A stretch of 61,875 nucleotides of DNA, the filler included, from Basidiobolus ranarum (lineage: Eukaryota): assembly GCA_040143965.1 (NCBI GenBank). It is 19 parts of 19 records of this genome, joined end to end, with 100 filler letters (N's around TTAATTAATTAA, not from the genome) between each part and the next. Parts side by side here need not be neighbours in the genome. Positions count along the whole stretch, not along the records: positions 32,693 to 35,851 come from JASJQH010002686.1; positions 35,952 to 39,108 come from JASJQH010002687.1; positions 39,209 to 42,365 come from JASJQH010002688.1; positions 42,466 to 45,621 come from JASJQH010002689.1; positions 45,722 to 48,876 come from JASJQH010002690.1; 14 more parts are not named here. The stretch is one strand, 5' to 3'. How positions within the stretch are numbered: position 1 is the stretch's first letter; each line of letters opens with the position of its first letter. A program made the translations under genes and the position numbers. Positions 34,612-48,200 of this stretch are shown piece by piece. The notes below the pieces were generated by a model that did not search any database, was not told the origin of the DNA, and saw nothing but the letters and a program-made list of their open reading frames with translations.

Positions 34612-35980
34612 ACTATATACTAGGTTGTGAATTATACAAGTGGCGTATAAAAGAACTGGCAGTTACTGCCTTGGTTCACGAAAAAGGCTATCTAGTAAAC
34701 ACTAGACGAACCAAATATTTGTAAGGAATAGATCTTAGCTAAGAAATGTGTTAGAGGATATTGGGAAACCGATATTGTATAAAGTCGCATGTGCCTTTGA
34801 CAGCAGGAAGAGTAGGTAGTGCCAAAAGGGAGGCTGAATATGGGGGAAGTATTGCGAGGCAGAGAAAAGGAGGGGTAAAAAAGGTAAGGGGGAAAGAGGT
34901 TGGAGAAGGTAGAACAATTACTGGGAGAATCGGCAAGTGAGCAGCGCCAACACAAATCTCCAAGTTATAATCAAACGATCAGTCATTAATAGTTTCTGAG
35001 TGCATCAGATGCGGGATATGATCTGGTTGTATTCAGCTAGTCTGCAGTATTCAGTAAGAGCTCTTAATTTCCTACTGGCTGATGTTGTAGAGCACTCTAT
35101 ACAATATAAATACATAGATTGAACGAGGCTCCTAAATAAGTAGAACTCGGCCATTTTAGGATTGACATCCAGAGGATGAACGAAAACTAAATGGAGTCTC
35201 GTCATTGTAGAAATTATTATGGAAATATGCATTTGATTGATTAATATTCCATTGGGATCGTAGGATACAAAGTAAGGCTAAAACCCACTAGCGGGCTACT
35301 GAACTGATTGGATTTCAAATAAGCAACAATGAGGGCAACTCAAGTTTAATGATACTTTGTCACCTTTACCCATTTCACATGGGTGGCATCGATTGGTGTC
35401 CAAGTTCAGAGTTTGATTAATACTGATGAATAACCCGTTGTGCAGTTGATGAACTCCAGACACTTGAGCATCTTGAATTTAATTAAGAACGGCCTACTCG
35501 AAGCAGCTGAAAAGCGCTATTTCAACTCATCAAAACCAATCGTCAGGAATTAATAAAGGCTGCCAAGCAACATGCGCCAGCTAACCAGTGAGGGCGAGCA
35601 TCGGGGTAGTACACGATTCCTGCTCAATGATCACAATCATCAGATGGCGAGAACAAGGAAATTAAAGATTGTGAAGCAGAATATCCCTCCAATCCGCAAT
35701 CCTCCGTGGCAGGCATCGTGGCCATCTTGGATTATCTGCTTGGCCACAAAACTATCAAAAAGAACATAGTCCGTTAGTTGCATATATTATCTGAGAGGGT
35801 CGATGCATCAGTCGGATGATAAACGAGCCACTACGCGAGTATCGACATTAANNNNNNNNNNNNNNNNNNNNNNNNNNNNNNNNNNNNNNNNNNNNTTAAT
35901 TAATTAANNNNNNNNNNNNNNNNNNNNNNNNNNNNNNNNNNNNNNNNNNNNTTTATTAGGATTAGTTTATATGACTATTT

Positions 35981-36322
35981 AGTTGAGGGAGAGTGTTGAA
36001 ATTAGCATTGCCTAAACACCTATATAGTCATATATAGCTTAGTACTTAGTTATCTTATAATTCACTAAGATATTATCAATTATTCTCATGAGGGATTTAC
36101 TTAGAAGTTCTCAGATATATAGATTTTTCAAACTTGTACTAGAAGCCCCAAACTTTGCACACATGTTTCTGGGACCTTCCTTAACATATTCTACATGTTA
36201 GTTTGTTTACATCTTGACAAAACTATAAATGTCAACTGTCTACTCAATAAATCAATAAGTGAGAACCACCAATTCCTCTAATTCTCCAAACCACTTCCAA
36301 CAGGCTCCCAAATACTTTAACA
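35981..36322 (+). mobile_element. Polypurine tract plus 3' LTR (35994-36322) of a Ty1/copia-type element
   Basis: TTGAGGGAGAG immediately precedes TGTTGAA; the 329-bp LTR ends TTTAACA. Confidence 0.85.
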
Positions 36323-36491
36323 GATTGACCATGTTCCAACAGGCAGTGACAATTTTTTCAACTTTGTAAGAATTTATCCAATGAGCATACTTAATGTTAA
36401 CTGGTATGTATGAGAATCCAGAAATTTGAGAAGTATATATTATAAAATATTTTGGGAACTTGTTGGAATTGGTTTAGACAAATGAAGAATT

Positions 36492-36704
36492 GGTTGAAGT
36501 ATTTGGGAGCCTGTTGGAAGTGGTTTGGAGAATTAGTGAAATTGGTGGTTTTCACTTATGGATTTATTGAGTATTCAGTTGACATTTATAGTTTTGTCAA
36601 GATGTAAACAAACTAACATGTAGAATGTGTTAAGGAAGGTCCTAGGAACATGTGTGCAAAGTTTGGGGCTTCTTTGAAATATCTATATATCTGAGAACTT
36701 CTAG
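36492..36704 (-). mobile_element. Inverted partial LTR of the same family
   Basis: Reverse complement of about 36100-36322 with one small deletion. Confidence 0.88.
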
Positions 36705-37173
36705 GTTATATGTTTAGGCTATACTGATTTCTAAACTCTGTAGACTTTTGTTGGTCTGGCTTGTAATTGTGAGGGAATGACAAAAAGACTTCTTTAAAAA
36801 AGCCAACATTAATGCAATCCTCCAAAAGAAACTCAGAATTACTCTCCAATTCATGTGTAAAGATGTACTACAAAAAGTAAAACACATGTACACAAGCATA
36901 TGAACATCAGCTACAAGCAACTTGGGTTGTGAAACATATTGTGACTTCCACCCAATTCCAGTATTTGAGCTTTTGACTGCTGTATCTTAGAGGTGGTTCC
37001 ACATAGAGAAGAAGAGAAAAAGCAAATTAACCTCTCTTTTAGTTCACGGATAGAAAAGATTGTTACACATATACTTTCACAAAAAAACTGATGAGTTACA
37101 GCAATGAATTACACAATTTGTCAACTATTATTTTGTTCACTTACCTCATGGTTGTATTATTACATTTACTTAG

Positions 37174-37790
37174 GTGGTGGCTTACTTCGGCTGAATTTAT
37201 CCAAAAGTCCACCATCTGTTTGAATTTTCTCTTTCCAAATATAGTATAATCTTCACCTACAGCAAAGCTTTAATCAACAATATCTCTATCTAGCCTTAAC
37301 CTACTCTTTCTACACCATTAATTTAAATGAACAAGAAACCATCTCTAATTGGGTACCCTAAAAATAAATAAAAATCACAAAGCCAATATCTCCGTATCTA
37401 CAACAAAAATGTTGGGTGAGTGCTGCAGGTTCCCAAGAAAATACTCAAGACTTCAAGAAAGATTTCCAGACCAAAAATGTACGCGATAAACACATCTCAT
37501 TCCCATTCCCTTACTCTGGATGAGATATTGAACCTTTTGCTGCTGCAGGAATTCCTTCCGGTGGCTTAATATCAGGTGCATTGAGGATCAAAACAGAAGC
37601 TCAAGTGAAAATTTTTGGTGGAACTGCAGGAAAGCCATTGGATGAATATTATCGCTTGCCTTTGATGCCACCAAGAATCGTAATGCCAAGGCCTTTTTGA
37701 ATAACTCCAGAAGTATCATCGATGCTATGTATTGGTACTCCCAAGATCTATCAGCAGTAGTGAAGGCATATGGCCGCCATCAACTTGCTA
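37174..37790 (+). pseudogene. Disrupted M28 aminopeptidase (aminopeptidase Y-like)
   Basis: Fragment EPFAAAGIPSGGLISGALRIKTEAQVKIFGGTAGKPLDEYY (about 37530-37655) matches the M28A C-terminal GIP.GG..TGA..IKT...FGG.AG...D..YH; the surrounding frame is broken by stops and frameshifts. Confidence 0.8.
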
Positions 37791-38997
37791 CCTTTTACTC
37801 ATTACCTCTGGCATACATGAAATACTAAATTAACTATTTAATGCATCACATTGCAATAAACATATACTCATTCCAATTTCAATCGAACGTTACTTCAATG
37901 AATGCATCCCAAGTGCCATAATACTCTAGTTCTATGCTATATCTCATCCAGCACTATCCAATTCTCGATACTGTTTTAGATTAAAACTGTAATCTCCAGG
38001 TGGATAGGTGAAACAACTACCAGGCTAAAGAAACTAATGAGTACAAACAAAGGAAGGGTAATTTTACCCTGACACTGGTACTCAGTCTACTTGTAATCTC
38101 ATTTTAGTATGTCCTTCTTTAAAGAAAACTGGCTTTGTAGAACTACAAGAGCAATGGATTTTAGTATTATAGCTTTCTTGTGAGTTGATATTATTTAATA
38201 AACTTGATTTGATAAATGTTGGAAATATTCTGAAAAGATAGAGATTTTCAAACTTGTCCAAAACTCCCAGAACTTCAACCCGCCTTCTTGAATACCCTAA
38301 AAACACCTTTCTGTAGGTCTAATGTAAGTGTATATATTCTTTTGAATTTGATAAAACCACAAGTGCAAATCACATATTTCCATTAATATTCATAGACACC
38401 TCCAATTCATCCTAAATACTCGCAACAGGATGAACAGAGACACAACACACTAAAAGACACCATTGTTCGTAACAATGAATTCCCAGTAAATGGATTAAAA
38501 TCGAATATTTGGTGTTACCAACTTCGCCTTCCTTCACTTAGCAGCCATAACAGCTATATGTCCACCTAGATGTATCAGTGTTGAATGAATATTTTTCATA
38601 TGAATTTTCACACAAATATAAAGCTACCTCTGAATCCATGGCATCGCGTTCAAATCTTAGAAGATATTCCATCAGTCTCAATCTTACCTGGAGGCCACTA
38701 GCTAAACCAACAGGATCCCGCAGGACGCTAAGAGTTCTAATCAAATATATAGTAAGGCCCTGAACCTTATCAATATGGATTACCAGTAACAAATACATAA
38801 AGATCAATTCTATATTTCAACTATGTCAACCTCTAACCCTTTGCATAAAGCTAACATTATAACTCATAATAATAGGGAGCCCCTATCCGCCTTGTATACT
38901 TTGACAATCAATTGATATACATCATAATTGTTCTGGTAATAAAATAAGACATCCAGTGATGAGAAGGAACAATGCTGAAAATGGCACCTAAACTAAT

Positions 38998-39108
38998 CCC
39001 TAACAAAAATAAAATCGATTTGATCCGGATCGGATCCACCCTCCGAAATAGCAAAACCGTCAGAGAACCGTCACAATATCGTTGGCTTGCATTCTGCCAG
39101 GGATTTTG
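38998..39108 (+). mobile_element. CACTA-like transposon end A (CpG-intact copy)
   Basis: CCCTAACAAAAATAAAATCGATTTGATCCGGATCGGATCC with ACCGTCA subterminal repeats. Confidence 0.8.
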
Positions 39109-40153
39109 NNNNNNNNNNNNNNNNNNNNNNNNNNNNNNNNNNNNNNNNNNNNTTAATTAATTAANNNNNNNNNNNNNNNNNNNNNNNNNNNNNNNNNNNN
39201 NNNNNNNNTAATCCCATGTTCAAGCTGGGGTGGAGTAGATCCATCGACTCGGTGTAAATTCGCGATTTCATCGATCAATAATCGCTGCTTGATTGCTGCC
39301 GTTGCTCAATGATAATTGGAGCTTGCAGCAATGCATGCATATTTACCCGTACTGGCAAAAAGGTACGAAAAAATTGAGTTTTAAATTTCCACTACTTAAT
39401 AATTGAAATACATATCGTAGGACTATCTCTGAATCTGCTCTAAGATATTACCGTGTTTCATGAAGAAACAATCAACAAACAAATATCATTGGATCCATGA
39501 GGGTTAAATATATATGAATATTAATGACTTGAAATCGATGGATGAGTGTGAGGTGGATATGAGGATGGGGTTTGGGCTTGGGCTTGGGTAATATGGTAGA
39601 GTAGTATTGACTGGATAATTTTTGAAGAGGACTAGAGCTACGAAGAGAAATAGGATATGATATAGACGAAAGATAAAGTAGTACCATCTATTTTTCCAAT
39701 CAGTTTAGACTCTGGCTTGTCAACATCTAACTGTGGATAAAGGGGAAACCAGTGGACTAAAGTTACAGTCAAGTAAGTGGAACTTCTGGTCGAATTTGTG
39801 GTTTCCAGGCGCATCTGTCTTACTATAGCTCTTCAGTCAATAAGATGTTGGAAAAAAGCAACACTGTAAAGGAATATAGGGATTACTAGTTTACAAAATG
39901 TATGAAATTAAAAACGTCGGTTAATGACGGTTGAAGATAGTCCTGGATTCTTAAGCACTCAAAAACTTGATGTGTCAGGAATCGGCCAACTGCCAAACCC
40001 ACGGGATAATAATCGGAGGGCATGATAAAAATATAGAAGCCGACAAGTAAAGAATCGTGAGAAAAATACCACCCGGCTCTACAATATTCTTAAATATGAT
40101 ATCAATGTGACCATAAGAAAAGTACTCGTCGGTTGGATACAGCGTAGCAGATC

Positions 40154-42198
40154 CTACGCAGGTGGGAAAAAATTACTAAATAGTACAATTCCCACCAGAC
40201 CATATGTTATGAAGTAAAACAAAACATAACGGCTGGCAATTCGATTCCACTTGGAAGTCTCTATATCCTGTACCAACAGGTGAGCGGCAAACCAATATAC
40301 TGTGGGCATACAAGAGAAAAACCGAGTGATTACTTGGATATGCATGAATAAAGTGCAATAAACCAACATCACTCCCCACAGATATATAAATGGTAAAAGA
40401 GCCTCTGTGTAGAACGTGTCTTCCAAAGGGTTCTTTTTTAATTGGCTTCCCTCTACGGGGTCCGAGCTCCCAGGAATATAGGGTACAGGTGAAAACATCA
40501 CATGCCCGTTTTGATTTAAATTGCGAGTGCGAACGTGTCCTGTGCTGGTTTTCACTGAGTGTGAAACCCCACTCTCTTCTGGTATCTGAGTTTTAACATG
40601 TATTCCGGCTAAGAGGGTTCGAGAATATCATTTCAGTTAGCACAATGGAAAACAGATATATCGTGAAGCATATTGTACCTTCAGGTGTAGTGGTGAGGAT
40701 TCCAAGTGAAAGAAATCGAGTCCAGTCATGAGCAGCATATGACCAGATACCACAGAAGGAAAGTAGTACCATTGGAGCCGCAAGTAAAAAATTGGGAATC
40801 TGTTTCCACTCGTAATATCTGAATAGCCCACAATTCCTATGTGAGGCATAAGTACGTTGTGCATCTGACACATTAAAAGATTACTGTAACTCACCAATAC
40901 TCTTCTTGTACAAATGAATAAAGCAGTGGGATTCTGGATTGGCACCAAGGGCGTGGTTCACTCTGATTTACACAATAATTCATGTATCCATACACTTGAA
41001 AGCTCACCATCCCGAGAAGGGTTAAAAGTGATAAAACAATTGCTTTAAGTATTTGAGCCGTGTAGATCTAATCAATTCAAGAGTTAGTCGTTTTGTCAAA
41101 TATTTAAAGCTATACAATCAAGAAACATACCACTATGGACTTCGAACGGTTCTTAATACACAAGTCGAAAATAAAGAATCCAGCATAGACGATTCCGTTA
41201 GATCTAGTTAGTGTACTAGATGACCAGACGATTGCTGCACTCCAAAACCACTTGTGAACATACAAGTCCATGCCAACGAAAGTCAGTAGAGCAAACAAAC
41301 TTTCAGTGTACCTACAAAAATAAACGTATCAAAGAACCGAAGCGAAAACTGAGTTAAATTGAGTGGAACCTACATTGAAGACATAAACATGCATGAAGGA
41401 GTAAAACAAAAACATAGCGCAGAGATGAATGCAAACTTCTCCTTTTTAAATATGGAATAGGATAGACTAAAATTCAACAAAAGAAATTTAGAGCGATTAT
41501 CAAAACAAGAAAGTTTGTCATCAGTTATATAAGATTACTACATACTGGTACAAGGCAGCTGTGGCCAGAGCAAACGATACGTTTGAGATTATAACCCCTG
41601 ATAGTACCAAAAGGGACTTGTAGTCAAGAAAAATCAGCAGCGGCCTTAGCACTACGGAAATTGGCAAAACAATAGGAAAGTAAATACAAAATAAAAAATA
41701 TTTTACATGTTGGCAGAAACACTGACCAGTTGCACTAATGCCTTTCATCAAGAGAGGTAACAATGGGAAAAAGGCGTATTCTTGCTCATAAATGTAGCCT
41801 TCCTCCGCAATATGTACAAAATAAAAGGCGTCCCATCTGACAAAAGTTGTCACAACTTTCTTTAATAGAATCCGAAATGAACTTTGAGTCAAGATATCTG
41901 GAAGAATCAAGTCAATGGAAGAGTCATAATCTTCTATAAAATAGTTTGAGGTAAAAGCGATCATCCACACAAAGAAACGAGAAAAAAGTGCCAAAACAAA
42001 GAGTGCCAAAATTCGGTTGTTTTGCTTCTTAGTTACAAAGGCAAATGTTGAAGATTGCGGGTGCGTTTGCGAAAACTCTACAGCCTGGGGTTTTGCGAGT
42101 GTATCTAAATGCTCGGCTAACCCTAATGGACCTTTCCTTTTAAAATTCGACTCCATTGTGCTATTCGAAGAACGATGGAGTGTGAAGATACTAGCCAT
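40154..42198 (-). CDS. GPI18: GPI mannosyltransferase 2 (PIG-V), multi-exon
   Basis: RWDAFYF.HIAE.GY.YEQEYAFFPL; YTESLFALLTF.G; RSNG; QIPNFLLAAP; MHIQVITRF; terminal FFPPA. Start codon uncertain. Confidence 0.95.
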
Positions 42199-43066
42199 GA
42201 AAGAATCAAGTTTCAATATTGAATAAAATGTAATATTGGTGAACGGATTTTCGTCAATCAAACCAACTAATGAATTTAATGCAAATAGAAATAGCAACTA
42301 CGAATGTTGATTGTAGGCCTACCTAATTTATTTATACCCCTTATCCATGATTACCTAGGTATTCANNNNNNNNNNNNNNNNNNNNNNNNNNNNNNNNNNN
42401 NNNNNNNNNTTAATTAATTAANNNNNNNNNNNNNNNNNNNNNNNNNNNNNNNNNNNNNNNNNNNNGACTATCATTCTGTTCCCACAGACTCAACCTGATG
42501 AAATCCATCATTGGCTGGCTTAGAAAGCGAGTTTTCAGCGAAAGAACACGCTCAGACCTCTAGTTTCCAATGATCTAGCCAGTAGGTATGGCTTCGGTGG
42601 GTACTATCGGATTCGTAAACATTCGATAAAGTGACAAGATGGATGTTTACTGGCAAGCGGCCGGTATCGAATCATGACCCAATTAAGGGGATCAGGGTGA
42701 CTGCTAATAGGCTTGACTAAATGATGATATATTGCGAAAGTCAACGTCGTGACTGAATATTCCTTACTGTTTTCGGTTTTGGACAAGCCTAATTTAGGAA
42801 AGTCTACGGTGGTCGCTTCACCAAGCTGCACTCGATCACGAATCTCGAAAGACTCATTCAATAGATGTGAGTGGTGGCTTCTACGGAACTTGGACGACTC
42901 ATGGTGTTGGCGAATAAACAGCAACCTATCTAAAACAGGGGACTTGGAAAGAGGAATGTGAGTACGTGTTGTTTCACCATATTCGGATGGCTCACCGAAA
43001 GGTATATAAGTGATTTGCCATCGGGTGAGTGGTATCTCGCTAATAATCATGATCACTCAATTTCAT

Positions 43067-43579
43067 ATGGATCTCTGTACACATCTTAGATGGGTAGCCA
43101 CCCCTTTTGATGCTAAGAGAAAGCATCCAAAATCTCCGAAACCCCGAGAAACCGTCTCAACCGAACTTCCAAATTCTATTCCTCTACAGGATGATGCAGC
43201 AGATCCACCCGCACCCGCACCCACTTCCCCCATCCTTCATTCACACAATAATATTCCCGATGCGTCCACCAGTCAAACCATCATAAATCAGCTCTCCTCG
43301 GTACCCATGCCTAGTACACCAGCTGACACACGCACTTCGAATCTCGAGAACGTTCTTTCCCATCTACCAATCCCAAAGCACAATCACCACTTTCCCAGTC
43401 GCTCCCATGGCTATAAGACCAAATTCTCTGGAACTCTTCAGCGAATCAAAGGCACCCTGATTGGTGATTGGGAAATGCAATTACGCGGTGAAGTGCAACT
43501 TCTGGATGGTGAGGCTGAGCTCACTGCATATCGCTTACTAAAGCATGGCTATCAACCTGATGAGAGAGTCTGTGGTTGA
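43067..43579 (+). CDS. Hypothetical Pro/Ser-rich protein with C-terminal CsbD-like motif
   Basis: ORF from ATG (MDLCTH...); low-complexity middle; FSGTLQRIKGTLIGDWEMQLRGEVQLLDGEAE resembles CsbD-type stress proteins. Confidence 0.55.
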   Translation: MDLCTHLRWVATPFDAKRKHPKSPKPRETVSTELPNSIPLQDDAADPPAPAPTSPILHSHNNIPDASTSQTIINQLSSVPMPSTPADTRTSNLENVLSHLPIPKHNHHFPSRSHGYKTKFSGTLQRIKGTLIGDWEMQLRGEVQLLDGEAELTAYRLLKHGYQPDERVCG

Positions 43580-44273
43580 CTCGATAGAACCTAATCACCA
43601 TTTATACGAATTCAGGTTGAAAGAAACTTAATCTAATTTGTGTGGTAGATGAAAGAGGTAGTTTGATCTCTCAGACCCTATCCATATTGTACTATACACT
43701 TGGACGACTCAATGATCAAATCGTTCTTAGTTCTTGAATTAGACTTGAATAAATAGATATTTATTTTGGTGACCTTCTTATTTTGCTGACCCTCATCCCT
43801 GCAATGTATATTTATAGAGAAAACTGATTTATTGAATCTAAGTCGACTCACTACGAGTGTAGAAACGTGGAACATAGATAAGATTAACAGCTCTAGACGG
43901 ATGCTGATGATTAGGATTGATTAGTAGAAGGGTTACACACCATATATACAGTACACACACGTTCGAACCATCGTCAAGTTACTGGTTATGATTGTCAGCA
44001 TTCTGTAGTAACAACGGGATCATCCACACCTGAGAGATAAGGGATGATTAAGGCAACGAAAGGAAAGGAAATTTCTTCAATGTTCATAGAGGTGGCTGTA
44101 CCAGGTTGATATCAACGAAATGAGTGCAGAATAGTGGGAAAATATAGGACCTGAAGTAACGAATGGTAGGTGTGGAAGCCCTTTAGATGATTCACCGTTT
44201 ATAAATGCGTCTCGTTGCTCTCCAATTAACTGACTTGGTTGGAACGTTCGACGATAACGAATGGCTATCATGG

Positions 44274-45621
44274 TTAACCTCTTGCATTGTATAGCTGCCA
44301 AGGTCGGGCCTTTACAACAGGGTCGTATTTCGAAGGGACAGCTGCTGGTGTCATTGATTGATAATTCAACTGAGCAGTGGCGTTGTGTACTACGGTACTT
44401 AAAGTAGGATGTGAAATAGGCGGCGGTGGTGTGGTAGGAGCAAGTAGAATATTTGGACCTCCATTACTCATGGGGACTGAAGAACCGAAATTTCTAGAGT
44501 ATTGACCAACATATTCATTCCATTCGTCGAAATCAAATGAAAGGGGAACATTCCATATCGGAGCGCCATTAGAGTTGCTAAGCTGGCTAATCAAGTGTTG
44601 ATTGTTGACCGTCATCTCACTAAGCGTATTCGAAGGAGCGCTCGGATCGAAACCAACATTTGTAATGGACCCAGCAATCACATATGCCCCAGGACGATTG
44701 GGAAGATTGCCTTGAGGTTGAGGATTCCTTTTGTGGCTTGGCGCTGTGTACGCATTTGATATACCAGGATTTTCGACTAACGGGGCGGGACCTTGGAGGG
44801 AATAGAATAGAAAGCAATATTTAGTTTTTTTACATGTCGAAAATAAATGACTTCCACAACTACTTTACCTTCACCTATAGTATTGCTCTGGTAGGAAGCC
44901 ATTGTAGGCTGATTGCTTGCAGTGATGTTGGAGGCAGCTACTGTAGTCATATTGGGTATGCTCGAGGGAGGCAAGTTACTATTGCAGAATGGAGAGGTTT
45001 GGTTTGTAGCAAGTACCACATCGGGATACTGTAGTTGGCTTGTTGGATGTGAAATTGGTGTGGTGCTTTTATTGTTTTCATACGCTGATGAACATATTGA
45101 AGGTTCATTAGAAGTAGAATCTTCAACATGTTCATCGATATTGATATTTCTAGCCGTTAAAAGCTCTCTCAAAACAATATAATATTTCCCAGCACTGCCC
45201 CAACGCGTCCGAATTTTACTCAATAGAATCATGTTTTTCGTGAGATTTTTCTTCGCTAGGCTGGCAAGGCGCATATCCTTGGTGGTCGTATTAGTCAGGT
45301 GGACCGTAGCTGCCGTGAAAATTGGAAACAGCACAAAAATCAACACTTCCTCCAGGCCTGGTTCTCCGGAGCACATATGAGCAATAGTAGTAATGCTGTT
45401 GGCCGCTGTAATGCATATCTGAAGAGAAGGATATGGTGAAGGGCAAATTCGCGAGTTGGGGTGCGGTATATATGGCCGGTGAAGAAGAATGAGCGCGCTA
45501 TGGTATAGAACATGAAGATAGGCAACAAAATTCGAGGTAGGTTTTATCCCACCAAAATATTCCTGTGGATTGTATTGAAGATCTGAGGGCAGCTCGATTA
45601 GCCACTTGTGTAATGCGGAAT
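44274..45621 (-). CDS. Fungal-specific (Zn2Cys6-type) transcription factor, middle homology region and C-terminus (partial, with introns)
   Basis: LHKWLIELPSDLQY...LHVLYHSALILLHRP, CITAANSIT, IFTAATVHL and LSKIRTRWGSA motifs; Ser/Asn/Pro-rich tail. 3' boundary uncertain. Confidence 0.8.
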
Positions 45622-45721
45622 NNNNNNNNNNNNNNNNNNNNNNNNNNNNNNNNNNNNNNNNNNNNTTAATTAATTAANNNNNNNNNNNNNNNNNNNNNNN
45701 NNNNNNNNNNNNNNNNNNNNN

Positions 45722-46396
45722 ACTCAAAGCAAAGCAAAAAGCCACACAAACACTGCAAAGCACTCTTAGTAGTGTCATACTACAAAGATTTACAAAAATA
45801 GTCAAGTGCTTGAGGAGTATTTTCAATTGTATGAAGGGAAAGATGCAGTGCTGGTATGCAGAAAGTGGCTTCAGAAGAGTGACATTCAACTTGACACTCA
45901 GTCTGGTGTTAACCATGTAGATATCAAGCAAGAACTCATTACAGAGTAGCACAATATTGTAAGGAATCTGCCAGATAGCAGGAAGAATGTTGATTTGGCA
46001 ATGTGAATACAATGATGGGCATTAATGGAGATACTGATAAAGACTTGTGCTGGATATAGGCTAAATGTTGGATATGAAGAACTCTGTAAGAATATTCAGG
46101 AGAATATACCACAGAAGATAGGAGTTTCAAAGTTGGCAAATTAATGTTCAAGTGGTTAATATGTAAAATTTGAGTTACATTTTTTGCAGATGTATTGATC
46201 CATAGTTCTCTGAGATAGTAGCCAATCTTGTGGAACTATTCTACAAGATCTTGAAATTTCACTCCTGAAACTGAAAAAATTGATCAAAATCAAATATAAC
46301 TCCATGATTTTGTGATGGTTAGTAAATGGTCAATTCACAATGGATTAAAATTGTGATGGTTTTCCTACATTAGGAATCCTCAAAGTTCTGTCAGGG
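45722..46396 (+). mobile_element. CACTA-like transposon end B region
   Basis: Ends ...AATCCTCAAAGTTCTGTCAGGG; colinear with 48977-49696 and, inverted, 54746-55377. Confidence 0.8.
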
Positions 46397-46499
46397 AATT
46401 CAAGTTAACATGCATGCCTTTATTTACATGCTTTAGACTTTGTACTCCAGCTAAAATCAAAGTCATGAGCACATTGAAAAGAGCGCTGTGTGGAAAGAT

Positions 46500-48200
46500 T
46501 TATGTAGTGTGGAATCTCCTTTACCCAAGCATTACTTCCAACATGGACTTTGCAGTTACACTGTTGATCAGATTAGCACAAGGTAATACTAATGATTTTG
46601 CTCAGAGCATTGTTTGTTAACAGGTGCACAACATTGAGATCTCCCAGAAGATATAGTAAGGGCCTGTGAACTCTAGGCATTGTGAAACATGCAGCATTGA
46701 ATGTATTTAATGCCCACATAGATTCAGTCCCTCTTCTTCAATAATAATAATAGTGATGTTTGCTCTATTGAATTACAGAATCTTGCACAGTTGTTATATC
46801 TGCATGAGATCTGCAAATAGCAGTTGATGCTTTAAGAGTATATTACTAATATCCACAAATAACTCTCAATGTTACCAGCACTTATCACACAGAAATAGCT
46901 CAAGATTCTGTTTGATTAGAAACAAATCCAATACAACCAGTCTTTGCATTGATAAAAACAGCACGATGAGTGGATATTAATGGGAGTCCTGGTTAAATAT
47001 GATGGTATCATGACATTTTCAAGAATTTTGTGTATCAAATCACTTTGATCCCGTCTTGTGTGATGTATATGCCTGTTGGAGTAAACTTCATTGATCTTAA
47101 AGAATCCTTTTCAAGAGAGTGCTTTATGCCCATGAGAATCTCAAAGCTTACTAATGGCAGGAGTGTCACCAATAGAAAAAATAATATTAGCTCCATAAAA
47201 ATATTTGCCCATCTGAACCACATTGAAAAATACTGATGCATAAGAACTCCATAAGATAACCAAATAAATTCCATAATTAAAGGCTCCAATAAGCTACTTA
47301 TTAGCACTGCTAATTTAGGTCCAGAGATGATGAATATATTCAAATATTATGACACTGAAACCATTCAGAAAGAGCAACAATTATACTAATTAAAACCATT
47401 GGCAGGCAAGCCTCTCCAATACTGTATTTTTTGAGTGACAAACCATCCAGAGCCAATGCAATAAATGATCATTTGTGTTCTCAAACAAAGTTTTACTTCA
47501 AACATTCTGGTAGTAATATCAATCAGGTATATTGCTTACAGAAGCAGGTTTGGAATCAGTACCTTGGTACTGGAAGAATAATCTATATTTAGATAATTTC
47601 ATCAATACTATAAGACATGAAATCAAAAGTATGTATGCAAACTACGAGCAACATCTATCTGATTCAGTAATTGCCAATTGTGTGTAAAAAGTGCATGACT
47701 TTAGGTGATTCTGATCTCCAGTGCAAGCTAAAAAAAAATTTGGAAATGAATGTAATTTAATACTAAAGGACTGTAAGTCGAATGTTTGACAAGCATTTTC
47801 CACTTGTGCAAGGTCAATGGTAACAACATTTGCCAATTAACTGTGATGAAAATGTTAGAAAACAATAAATTAGTGATGGCTATAGTTGGATTGAACTCTC
47901 AACTCCACAATTATCAAAGCTGATTTCCTAACTGCAAGTGTTATGAGAGGACTTATGCTCTCCAATAATAGCAAATCCATAGCAAAACTATCATCTTCAT
48001 CTTGTTCTGATATACTGCTATCAGCAGTGGAACAACTAAGGTCAACATCCAGCAGCATATTTTCAAAGTTTTCAAGACATAATTGTGCAACCAAACTTGC
48101 AATTCTACTTGAATCATTCTGGCTATATAACTCTGGTAGCTTCATGGTAACTTCACTTTTAATAGTGTTCCCAAAACTGTGAGGTAAGGTACAACCAATG
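46500..48200 (-). pseudogene. Decayed CACTA (Tnp2/Transposase_21-like) transposase
   Basis: Fragments FPNFFLACTGDQNHLKSC and ISGPKLAVLISSLLEPLIMEFIWLSYGV (cf. IPGPK....SFL.PL..EL..L..GV); the 3' part is homologous to 54130-54640. Confidence 0.8.

Noticed and set aside
34692-34963. Three overlapping Pro/Phe/Leu-rich ORFs upstream of RAX2
   Set aside because: By-products of a purine/pyrimidine-skewed promoter or 5' UTR tract; no protein-like features.
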